From Eledone cirrhosa (lineage: Eukaryota), in assembly GCA_964016885.1 (NCBI GenBank), contig OZ024758.1, positions 34,472,001 through 34,536,000 of the forward strand: a stretch of 64,000 nucleotides of DNA, read 5' to 3'. The translations under genes and the position numbers were made by a program. Below, one piece after another: positions 41,041 to 53,800 of this stretch; position 1 is the stretch's first letter, and every line of letters starts with the position of its first letter. Under the pieces are notes generated by a model. That model had not been told where the DNA came from, ran no database searches, and saw only the letters and a program-made list of their open reading frames with translations.

Positions 41041-44000
41041 ACTCCACTGTTGGTGAGAATTCATTTAAGTTCATGGTATTAGCTGTCAGAAGTAACTCCA
41101 CTGTTGGTGAGAATTCATTTAAGTTCATGGTATTAGCTGTCAGAAGTAACTCCACTGTTGGTGAGAATTCATTTAAGTTCATGGTATTAGCTGTCAGAAG
41201 TAACTCCACTGTTGGTGAGAATTCATTTAAGTTCATGGTATTAGCTGTCAGAAGTAACTCCACTGTTGGTGAGAATTCATTTAAGTTCATGGTATTAGCT
41301 GTCAGAAGGAACTCCAATGTTGGTGAGAATTCATTTAAGTCATGGTACTAGCTGTCAGAAGTAACTCCACTGTTGGTGAGAATTCATTTAAGTTCATGGT
41401 ATTAGCTGACAGAAGGAACGCCACTGTTGGTGAGAATTCATTTAAGTTCATGGTATTAGCTGTCAGAAGTAACTCCACTGTTGGTGAGAATTCATTTAAG
41501 TTCATGGTACTAGCTGTCAGAAGTAACTCCAATGTTGGTGAGAATTCATTTAAGTTCATGGTATTAGCTGTCAGAAGGAACTCCACTGTTGCTGAGAATT
41601 CATTTAAGTTCATGGTATTAGCTGTCAGAAGTAACTCCACTGTTGGTGAGAATTCATTTAAGTTCATGGTACTAGCTGTCAGAAGTAACTCCACTGTTGG
41701 TGAGAATTCATTTAAGTTCATGGTATTAGCTGTCAGAAGTCACTCCAATGTTGGTGAGAATTCATTTAAGTTCATGGTATTAGCTGTCAGAAGTCACTCC
41801 ACTGTTGGTGAGAATTCATTTAAGTTCATGGTACTAGCTGTCCGAAGTAACCCCAATGTTGGTGAGAATTCATTTAAGTTCATGGTATTAGCTGTCAGAA
41901 GTCACTCCAATGTTGGTGAGAATTCATTTAAGTTCATGGTATTAGCTGTCAGAAGTAACTCCACTGTTGGTGAGAATTCATTTAAGTTCATGGTATTAGC
42001 TGTCAGAAGTAACTCCACTGTTGGTGAGAATTCATTTAAGTTCATGGTATTAGCTGTCAGAAGGAACTCCACTGTTGGTGAGAATTCATTTAAGTTCATG
42101 GTACTAGCTGTCAGAAGTAACTCCACTGTTGGTGAGAATTCATTTAAGTTCATGGTATTAGTGTGTCAGAAGTAACTCCACTGTTGGTGAGAATTCATTT
42201 AAGTTCATGGTATTAGCTGTCAGAAGGAACTCCACTGTTGGTGAGAATTCATTTAAGTTCATGGTATTAGCTGTCAGAAGTAACTCCACTGTTGGTGAGA
42301 ATTCATTTAAGTTCATGGTATTAGCTGTCAGAAGTAACTCCACTGTTGGTGAGAATTCATTTAAGTTCATGGTACTAGCTGTCAGAAGTAACTCCACTGT
42401 TGGTGAGAATTCATTTAAGTTCATGGTATTAGTTTGTCAGAAGTAACTCCACTGATGGTGAGAATTCATTTAAGTCATGGTATTAGTTGTCAGAAGTAAC
42501 TCCAATGTTGGTGAGAATTCATTTAAGTTCATGGTACTAGCTGTCAGAAGTAACTCCACTGTTGGTGAGAATTCATTTAAGTCATGGTATTAGCTGTCAG
42601 AAGTAACTCCAATGTTGGTGAGAATTCATTTAAGTTCATGGTATTAGCTGTCAGAAGTCACTCCACTGTTGGTGAGAATTCATTTAAGTTCATGGTACTA
42701 GCTGTCAGAAGTAACCCCAATGTTGGTGAGAATTCATTTAAGTTCATGGTATTAGCTGTCAGAAGTCACTCCAATGTTGGTGAGAATTCATTTAAGTTCA
42801 TGGTACTAGCTGTCAGAAGTAACTCCACTGTTGGTGAGAATTCATTTAAGTTCATGGTATTAGCTGTCAGAAGTAACTCCACTGTTGGTGAGAATTCATT
42901 TAAGTTCATGGTATTAGCTGTCAGAAGTAACTCCACTGTTGGTGAGAATTCATTTAAGTTCATGGTATTAGCTGTCAGAAGGAACTCCAATGTTGGTGAG
43001 AATTCATTTAAGTTCATGGTATTAGCTGTCAGAAGTAACTCCACTGTTGGTGAGAATTCATTTAAGTTCATGGTATTAGCTGTCAGAAGTAACTCCACTG
43101 TTGGTGAGAATTCATTTAAGTTCATGGTACTAGCTGTCAGAAGTAACTCCACTGTTGGTGAGAATTCATTTAAGTTCATGGTATTAGTTTGTCAGAAGTA
43201 ACTCCACTGATGGTGAGAATTCATTTAAGTCATGGTATTAGTTGTCAGAAGTAACTCCAATGTTGGTGAGAATTCATTTAAGTTCATGGTACTAGCTGTC
43301 AGAAGTAACTCCACAGTTGGTTAGAATTCATTTAAGTTCATGGTATTAGCTGTCAGAAGGAACGCCACTGTTGGTGAGAATTCATTTAAGTTCATGGTAT
43401 TAGCTGTCAGAAGTAACTCCACTGTTGGTGAGAATTCATTTAAGTTCATGGTACTAGCTGTCAGAAGTAACTCCAATGTTGGTGAGAATTCATTTAAGTT
43501 CATGGTATTAGCTGTCAGAAGGAACTCCACTGTTGGTGAGAATTCATTTAAGTTCATGGTATTAGCTGTCAGAAGTAACTCCACTGTTGGTGAGAATTCA
43601 TTTAAGTTCATGGTATTAGCTGTCAGAAGTCACTCCAATGTTGGTGAGAATTCATTTAAGTTCATGGTATTAGCTGTCAGAAGTCACTCCACTGTTGGTG
43701 AGAATTCATTTAAGGTCATGGTACTAGCTGTCCGAAGTAACCCCAATGTTGGTGAGAATTCATTTAAGTTCATGGTATTAGCTGTCAGACGTCACTCCAA
43801 TCTTGGTGAGAATTCATTTAAGTTCATGGTATTAGCTGTCAGAAGTAACTCCACTGTTTTGTGAGAATTCATTTAAGTTCATGGTATTAGCTGTCAGAAG
43901 TAACTCCACTGTTGGTGAGAATTCATTTAAGTTCATGGTATTAGCTGTCAGAAGGAACTCCACTGTTGGTGAGAATTCATTTAAGTCATGGTATTAGTTG

Positions 44001-46737
44001 TCAGAAGTAACTCCAATGTTGGTGAGAATTCATTTAAGTCATGGTACTAGCTGTCAGAAGTAACTCCAATGTTGGTGATAATTCATTTAAGTTCATGGTA
44101 TTAGCTGTCAGAACGAACTCCACTGTTGGTGAGAATTCATTTAAGTTCATGGTATTAGCTGTCAGAAGTCACTCCACTGTTGGTGAGAATTCATTTAAGT
44201 TCAGGGTACTAGCTGTCAGAAGTAACTCCAATGTTGGTGAGAATTCATTTAAGTTCATGGTATTAGCTGTCAGAAGGAACTCCACTGTTGGTGAGAATTC
44301 ATTTAAGTTCATGGTATTAGCTGTCAGAAGTAACTCCACTGTTGGTGAGAATTCATTTAAGTCATGGTACTAGCTGTCAGAAGTAACTCCAATGTTGGTG
44401 AGAATTCATTTAAGTCATGGTACTAGCTGTCAGAAGTAACTCCAATGTTGGTGAGAATTCATTTAAGTTCATGGTATTAGCTGTCAGAAGGAACTCCACT
44501 GTTGGTGAGAATTCATTTAAGTTCATGGTATTAGCTGTCAGAAGTAACTCCACTGTTGGTGAGAATTCATTTAAGTTCATGGTATTAGCTGTCAGAAGTA
44601 ACTCCACTGTTGGTGAGAATTCATTTAAGTTCATGGTATTAGCTGTCAGAAGTAACTCCACTGTTGGTGAGAATTCATTTAAGTTCATGGTATTAGCTGT
44701 CAGAAGTAACTCCACTGTTGGTGAGAATTCATTTAAGTTCATGGTATTAGCTGTCAGAAGGAACTCCAATGTTGGTGAGAATTCATTTAAGTCATGGTAC
44801 TAGCTGTCAGAAGTAACTCCACTGTTGGTGAGAATTCATTTAAGTTCATGGTATTAGCTGACAGAAGGAACGCCACTGTTGGTGAGAATTCATTTAAGTT
44901 CATGGTATTAGCTGTCAGAAGTAACTCCACTGTTGGTGAGAATTCATTTAAGTTCATGGTACTAGCTGTCAGAAGTAACTCCAATGTTGGTGAGAATTCA
45001 TTTAAGTTCATGGTATTAGCTGTCAGAAGGAACTCCACTGTTGCTGAGAATTCATTTAAGTTCATGGTATTAGCTGTCAGAAGTAACTCCACTGTTGGTG
45101 AGAATTCATTTAAGTTCATGGTACTAGCTGTCAGAAGTAACTCCACTGTTGGTGAGAATTCATTTAAGTTCATGGTATTAGCTGTCAGAAGTCACTCCAA
45201 TGTTGGTGAGAATTCATTTAAGTTCATGGTATTAGCTGTCAGAAGTCACTCCACTGTTGGTGAGAATTCATTTAAGTTCATGGTACTAGCTGTCCGAAGT
45301 AACCCCAATGTTGGTGAGAATTCATTTAAGTTCATGGTATTAGCTGTCAGAAGTCACTCCAATGTTGGTGAGAATTCATTTAAGTTCATGGTATTAGCTG
45401 TCAGAAGTAACTCCACTGTTGGTGAGAATTCATTTAAGTTCATGGTATTAGCTGTCAGAAGTAACTCCACTGTTGGTGAGAATTCATTTAAGTTCATGGT
45501 ATTAGCTGTCAGAAGGAACTCCACTGTTGGTGAGAATTCATTTAAGTTCATGGTACTAGCTGTCAGAAGTAACTCCACTGTTGGTGAGAATTCATTTAAG
45601 TTCATGGTATTAGTGTGTCAGAAGTAACTCCACTGTTGGTGAGAATTCATTTAAGTTCATGGTATTAGCTGTCAGAAGGAACTCCACTGTTGGTGAGAAT
45701 TCATTTAAGTTCATGGTATTAGCTGTCAGAAGTAACTCCACTGTTGGTGAGAATTCATTTAAGTTCATGGTATTAGCTGTCAGAAGTAACTCCACTGTTG
45801 GTGAGAATTCATTTAAGTTCATGGTACTAGCTGTCAGAAGTAACTCCACTGTTGGTGAGAATTCATTTAAGTTCATGGTATTAGTTTGTCAGAAGTAACT
45901 CCACTGATGGTGAGAATTCATTTAAGTCATGGTATTAGTTGTCAGAAGCAACTCCAATGTTGGTGAGAATTCATTTAAGTTCATGGTACTAGCTGTCAGA
46001 AGTAACTCCACTGTTGGTGAGAATTCATTTAAGTCATGGTATTAGCTGTCAGAAGTAACTCCAATGTTGGTGAGAATTCATTTAAGTTCATGGTATTAGC
46101 TGTCAGAAGTCACTCCACTGTTGGTGAGAATTCATTTAAGTTCATGGTACTAGCTGTCAGAAGTAACCCCAATGTTGGTGAGAATTCATTTAAGTTCATG
46201 GTATTAGCTGTCAGAAGTCACTCCAATGTTGGTGAGAATTCATTTAAGTTCATGGTATTAGCTGTCAGAAGTAACTCCACTGTTGGTGAGAATTCATTTA
46301 AGTTCATGGTATTAGCTGTCAGAAGTAACTCCACTGTTGGTGAGAATTCATTTAAGTTCATGGTATTAGCTGTCAGAAGTAACTCCACTGTTGGTGAGAA
46401 TTCATTTAAGTTCATGGTATTAGCTGTCAGAAGGAACTCCAATGTTGGTGAGAATTCATTTAAGTTCATGGTATTAGCTGTCAGAAGTAACTCCACTGTT
46501 GGTGAGAATTCATTTAAGTTCATGGTATTAGCTGTCAGAAGTAACTCCACTGTTGGTGAGAATTCATTTAAGTTCATGGTACTAGCTGTCAGAAGTAACT
46601 CCACTGTTGGTGAGAATTCATTTAAGTTCATGGTATTAGTTTGTCAGAAGTAACTCCACTGATGGTGAGAATTCATTTAAGTCATGGTATTAGTTGTCAG
46701 AAGTAACTCCAATGTTGGTGAGAATTCATTTAAGTTC
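39834..46737. repeat. Near-perfect tandem duplication of a 3452-bp (64-monomer) block
   Basis: The copies are 39834-43285 and 43286-46737. ACAGTTGGTTAG occurs at 39861/43313 and GTGTGTC at 42161/45613. ORF pairs 39888/43340, 40589/44041, 40965/44417, 41342/44794, 42207/45659 and 42584/46036 are all offset by 3452. Confidence 0.93.
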
Positions 46738-47899
46738 ATGGTACTAGCTGTCAGAAGTAACTCCACTGTTGGTGAGAATTCATTTAAGTCATGGTATTAG
46801 CTGTCAGAAGTAACTCCAATGTTGGTGAGAATTCATTTAAGTTCATGGTATTAGCTGTCAGAAGTCACTCCACTGTTGGTGAGAATTCATTTAAGTTCAT
46901 GGTACTAGCTGTCAGAAGTAACCCCAATGTTGGTGAGAATTCATTTAAGTTCATGGTATTAGCTGTCAGAAGTCACTCCAATGTTGGTGAGAATTCATTT
47001 AAGTTCATGGTATTAGCTGTCAGAAGTAACTCCACTGTTGGTGAGAATTCATTTAAGTTCATGGTATTAGCTGTCAGAAGTAACTCCACTGTTGGTGAGA
47101 ATTCATTTAAGTTCATGGTATTAGCTGTCAGAAGTAACTCCACTGTTGGTGAGAATTCATTTAAGTTCATGGTATTAGCTGTCAGAAGGAACTCCAATGT
47201 TGGTGAGAATTCATTTAAGTCATGGTACTAGCTGTCAGAAGTAACTCCACTGTTGGTGAGAATTCATTTAAGTTCATGGTATTAGCTGACAGAAGGAACG
47301 CCACTGTTGGTGAGAATTCATTTAAGTTCATGGTATTAGCTGTCAGAAGTAACTCCACTGTTGGTGAGAATTCATTTAAGTTCATGGTACTAGCTGTCAG
47401 AAGTAACTCCAATGTTGGTGAGAATTCATTTAAGTTCATGGTATTAGCTGTCAGAAGGAACTCCACTGTTGCTGAGAATTCATTTAAGTACATGGTATTA
47501 GCTGTCAGAAGTAACTCCACTGTTGGTGAGAATTCATTTAAGTTCATGGTACTAGCTGTCAGAAGTAACTCCACTGTTGGTGAGAATTCATTTAAGTTCA
47601 TGGTATTAGCTGTCAGAAGTCACTCCAATGTTGGTGAGAATTCATTTAAGTTCATGGTATTAGCTGTCAGAAGTCACTCCACTGTTGGTGAGAATTCATT
47701 TAAGTTCATGGTACTAGCTGTCCGAAGTAACCCCAATGTTGGTGAGAATTCATTTAAGTTCATGGTATTAGCTGTCAGAAGTCACTCCAATGTTGGTGAG
47801 AATTCATTTAAGTTCATGGTATTAGCTGTCAGAAGTAACTCCACTGTTGGTGAGAATTCATTTAAGTTCATGGTATTAGCTGTCAGAAGTAACTCCACT

Positions 47900-50800
47900 G
47901 TTGGTGAGAATTCATTTAAGTTCATGGTATTAGCTGTCAGAAGGAACTCCACTGTTGGTGAGAATTCATTTAAATTCATGGTACTAGCTGTCAGAAGTAA
48001 CTCCACTGTTGGTGAGAATTCATTTAAGTTCATGGTATTAGTTTGTCAGAAGTAACTCCACTGTTGGTGAGAATTCATTTAAGTCATGGTATTAGTTGTC
48101 AGAAGTAACTCCAATGTTGGTGAGAATTCATTTAAGCCATGGTACCAGCTGTCAGAAGTAACTCCAATGTTGGTGAGAATTCATTTAAGTTCATGGTATT
48201 AGCTGTCAGAAGGAACTCCACTGTTGGTGAGAATTCATTTAAGTTCATGGTATTAGCTGTCAGAAGTAACTCCACTGTTGGTGAGAATTCATTTAAGTTC
48301 ATGGTACTAGCTGTCAGAAGTAACTCCAATGTTGGTGAGAATTCATTTAAGTTCATGGTATTAGCTGTCAGAAGTAACTCCACTGTTGGTGAGAGTTCAT
48401 GTAAGTCATGGTATTAGCTGTCAGAAGTAACTCCAATGTTGGTGAGAATTCATTTAAGTTCATGGTATTAGCTGTCAGAAGTAACTCCACTGTTGGTGAG
48501 AATTCATTTAAGTTCATGGTATTAGCTGTCAGAAGTAACTCCACTGTTGGTGAGAATTCATTTAAGTTCATGGTACTAGCTGTCAGAAGTAACTCCACTG
48601 TTGGTGAGAATTCATTTAAGTTCATGGTATTAGTTTGTCAGAAGTAACTCCACTGTTGGTGAGAATTCATTTAAGTCATGGTATTAGTTGTCAGAAGTAA
48701 CTCCAATGTTGGTGAGAATTCATTTAAGTTCATGGTATTAGCTGTCAGAAGGAACTCCACTGTTGGTGAGAATTCATTTAAGTTCATGGTATTAGCTGTC
48801 AGAAGGAACTCCAATGTTGGTGAGAATTCATTTAAGTCATGGTACTAGCCGTCAGAAGTAACTCCACTGTTGGTGAGAATTCATTTAAGTTCATGGTGTT
48901 AGCTGTCAGAAGGAACGCCACTGTTGGTGAGAATTCATTTAAGTTCATGGTATTAGCTGTCAGAAGTAACTCCACTGTTGGTGAGAATTCATTTAAGTTC
49001 ATGGTACTAGCTGTCAGAAGTAACTCCAATGTTGGTGAGAATTCATTTAAGTTCATGGTATTAGCTGTCAGAAGGAACTCCACTGTTGGTGAGAATTCAT
49101 TTAAGTTCATGGTATTAGCTGTGAGAAGTAACTCCACTGTTGGTGAGAATTCATTTAAGTTCATGGTATTAGCTGTCAGAAGTCACTCCAATGTTGGTGA
49201 GAATTCATTTAAGTTCATGGTATTAGCTGTCAGAAGTCACTCCACTGTTGGTGAGAATTCATTTAAGTTCATGGTACTAGCTGTCCGAAGTAACCCCAAT
49301 GTTGGTGAGAATTCATTTAAGTTCATGGTATTAGCTGTCAGAAGGAACTCCACTGTTGGTGAGAATTCATTTAAGTTATGGTATTAGTTGTCAGAAGTAA
49401 CTACAATGTTGGTGAGAATTCATTTAAGCCATGGTACTAGCTGTCAGAAGTAACTCCAATGTTGGTGAGAATTCATTTAAGTTCATGGTATTAGCTGTCA
49501 GAACGAACTCCACTGTTGGTGAGAATTCATTTAAGTTCATGGTATTAGCTGTCAGAAGTAACTCCACTGTTGGTGAGAATTCATTTAAGTTCAGGGTACT
49601 AGCTGTCAGAAGTAACTCCAATGTTGGTGAGAATTCATTTAAGTTCATGGTATTAGCTGTCAGAAGGAACTCCACTGTTGGTGAGAATTCATTTAAGTTC
49701 ATGGTATTAGCTGTCAGAAGTAACTCCACTGTTGGTGAGAATTCATTTAAGTCATGGTACTAGCTGTCAGAAGTAACTCCAATGTTGGTGAGAATTCATT
49801 TAAGTCATGGTACTAGCTGTCAGAAGTAACTCCAATGTTGGTGAGAATTCATTTAAGTTCATGGTATTAGCTGTCAGAAGGAACTCCACTGTTGGTGAGA
49901 ATTCATTTAAGTTCATGGTATTAGCTGTCAGAAGTAACTCCACTGTTGGTGAGAATTCATTTAAGTTCATGGTATTAGCTGTCAGAAGTAACTCCACTGT
50001 TGGTCAGAATTCATTTAAGTTCATGGTATTAGCTGTCAGAAGTAACTCCACTGTTGGTGAGAATTCATTTAAGTTCATGGTACTAGCTGTAAGAAGTAAC
50101 TCCACTGTTGGTGAGAGTTCATTTAAGTCATGGTATTAGCTGTCAGAAGTAACTCCAATGTTGGTGAGAATTCATTTAAGTTCATGGTATTAGCTGTCAG
50201 AAGTCACTCCACTGTTGGTGAGAATTCATTTAAGTTCATGGTACTAGCTGTCAGAAGTAACCCCAATGTTGGTGAGAATTCATTTAAGTTCATGGTATTA
50301 GCTGTCAGAAGTCACTCCAATGTTGGTGAGAATTCATTTAAGTTCATGGTATTAGCTGTCAGAAGTAACTCCACTGTTGGTGAGAATTCATTTAAGTTCA
50401 TGGTATTAGCTGTCAGAAGTAACTCCACTGTTGGTGAGAATTCATTTAAGTTCATGGTATTAGCTGTCAGAAGTAACTCCACTGTTGGTGAGAATTCATT
50501 TAAGTTCATGGTATTAGCTGTCAGAAGGAACTCCAATGTTGGTGAGAATTCATTTAAGTCATGGTACTAGCTGTCAGAAGTAACTCCACTGTTGGTGAGA
50601 ATTCATTTAAGTTCATGGTATTAGCTGACAGAAGGAACGCCACTGTTGGTGAGAATTCATTTAAGTTCATGGTATTAGCTGTCAGAAGTAACTCCACTGT
50701 TGGTGAGAATTCATTTAAGTTCATGGTACTAGCTGTCAGAAGTAACTCCAATGTTGGTGAGAATTCATTTAAGTCATGGTACTAGCTGTCAGAAGTAACT

Positions 50801-53800
50801 CCACTGTTGGTGAGAATTCATTTAAGTTCATGGTATTAGCTGTCAGAAGGAACGCCACTGTTGGTGAGAATTCATTTAAGTTCATGGTATTAGCTGTCAG
50901 AAGTAACTCCACTGTTGGTGAGAATTCATTTAAGTTCATGCTACTAGCTGTCAGAAGTAACTCCTATGTTGGTGAGAATTCATTTAAGTTCATGGTATTA
51001 GCTGTCAGAAGGAACTCCACTGTTGCTGAGAATTCATTTAAGTTCATGGTATTAGCTGTCAGAAGTAACTCCACTGTTGGTGAGAATTCATTTAAGTTCA
51101 TGGTGCTAGCTGTCAGAAGTAACTCCACTGTTGGTGAGAATTCATTTAAGTTCATGGTATTAGCTGTCAGAAGTAACTCCACTGTTGGTCAGAATTCATT
51201 TAAGTTCATGGTATTAGCTGTCAGAAGTAACTCCACTGTTGGTGAGAATTCATTTAAGTTCATGGTACTAGCTGTAAGAAGTAACTCCACTGTTGGTGAG
51301 AGTTCATTTAAGTCATGGTATTAGCTGTCAGAAGTAACTCCAATGTTGGTGAGAATTCATTTAAGTTCATGGTATTAGCTGTCAGAAGTCACTCCACTGT
51401 TGGTGAGAATTCATTTAAGTTCATGGTACTAGCTGTCAGAAGTAACCCCAATGTTGGTGAGAATTCATTTAAGTTCATGGTATTAGCTGTCAGAAGTCAC
51501 TCCAATGTTGGTGAGAATTCATTTAAGTTCATGGTATTAGCTGTCAGAAGTAACTCCACTGTTGGTGAGAATTCATTTAAGTTCATGGTATTAGCTGTCA
51601 GAAGTAACTCCACTGTTGGTGAGAATTCATTTAAGTTCATGGTATTAGCTGTCAGAAGTAACTCCACTGTTGGTGAGAATTCATTTAAGTTCATGGTATT
51701 AGCTGTCAGAAGGAACTCCAATGTTGGTGAGAATTCATTTAAGTCATGGTACTAGCTGTCAGAAGTAACTCCACTGTTGGTGAGAATTCATTTAAGTTCA
51801 TGGTATTAGCTGACAGAAGGAACGCCACTGTTGGTGAGAATTCATTTAAGTTCATGGTATTAGCTGTCAGAAGTAACTCCACTGTTGGTGAGAATTCATT
51901 TAAGTTCATGGTACTAGCTGTCAGAAGTAACTCCAATGTTGGTGAGAATTCATTTAAGTTCATGGTATTAGCTGTCAGATGGAACTCCACTGTTGCTGAG
52001 AATTCATTTAAGTACATGGTATTAGCTGTCAGAAGTAACTCCACTGTTGGTGAGAATTCATTTAAGTTCATGGTACTAGCTGTCAGAAGTAACTCCACTG
52101 TTGGTGAGAATTCATTTAAGTTCATGGTATTAGCTGTCAGAAGTCACTCCAATGTTGGTGAGAATTCATTTAAGTTCATGGTATTAGCTGTCAGAAGTAA
52201 CTCCACTGTTGGTGAGAATTCATTTAAGTTCATGGTATTAGCTGTCAGAAGTAACTCCACTGTTGGTGAGAATTCATTTAAGTTCATGGTACTAGCTGTC
52301 AGAAGTAACTCCACTGTTGGTGAGAATTCATTTAAGTTCATGGTATTAGTTTGTCAGAAGTAACTCCACTGTTGGTGAGAATTCATTTAAGTCATGGTAT
52401 TAGTTGTCAGAAGTAACTCCAATGTTGGTGAGAATTCATTTAAGTTCATGGTATTAGCTGTCAGAAGGAACTCCACTGTTGGTGAGAATTCATTTAAGTT
52501 CATGGTATTAGCTGTCAGAAGGAACTCCAATGTTGGTGAGAATTCATTTAAGTCATGGTACTAGCTGTCAGAAGTAACTCCACTGTTGGTGAGAATTCAT
52601 TTAAGTTCATGGTGTTAGCTGTCAGAAGGAACGCCACTGTTGGTGAGAATTCATTTAAGTTCATGGTATTAGCTGTCAGAAGTAACTCCACTGTTGGTGA
52701 GAATTCATTTAAGTTCATGGTACTAGCTGTCAGAAGTAACTCCACTGTTGGTGAGAATTCATTTAAGTTCATGGTATTAGCTGTCAGAAGTCACTCCAAT
52801 GTTGGTGAGAATTCATTTAAGTTCATGGTATTAGCTGTCAGAAGTCACTCCACTGTTGGTGAGAATTCATTTAAGTTCATGGTACTAGCTGTCCGAAGTA
52901 ACCCCAATGTTGGTGAGAATTCATTTAAGTTCATGGTATTAGCTGTCAGAAGTAACTCCACTGTTGGTGAGAATTCATTTAAGTTCATGGTATTAGCTGT
53001 CAGAAGGAACTCCACTGTTGGTGAGAATTCATTTAAGTTATGGTATTAGTTGTCAGAAGTAACTCCAATGTTGGTGGGAATTCATTTAAGCCATGGTACT
53101 AGCTGTCAGAAGTAACTCCAATGTTGGTGAGAATTCATTTAAGTTCATGGTATTAGCTGTCAGAACGAACTCCACTGTTGGTGAGAATTCATTTAAGTTC
53201 ATGGTATTAGCTGTCAGAAGTAACTCCACTGTTGGTGAGAATTCATTTAAGTTCAGGGTACTAGCTGTCAGAAGTAACTCCAATGTTGGTGAGAATTCAT
53301 TTAAGTTCATGGTATTAGCTGTCAGAAGGAACTCCACTGTTGGTGAGAATTCATTTAAGTTCATGGTATTAGCTGTCAGAAGTAACTCCACTGTTGGTGA
53401 GAATTCATTTAAGTCATGGTACTAGCTGTCAGAAGTAACTCCAATGTTGGTGAGAATTCATTTAAGTCATGGTACTAGCTGTCAGAAGTAACTCCAATGT
53501 TGGTGAGAATTCATTTAAGTTCATGGTATTAGCTGTCAGAAGGAACTCCACTGTTGGTGAGAATTCATTTAAGTTCATGGTATTAGCTGTCAGAAGTAAC
53601 TCCACTGTTGGTGAGAATTCATTTAAGTTCATGGTATTAGCTGTCAGAAGTAACTCCACTGTTGGTCAGAATTCATTTAAGTTCATGGTATTAGCTGTCA
53701 GAAGTAACTCCACTGTTGGTGAGAATTCATTTAAGTTCATGGTACTAGCTGTAAGAAGTAACTCCACTGTTGGTGAGAGTTCATTTAAGTCATGGTATTA

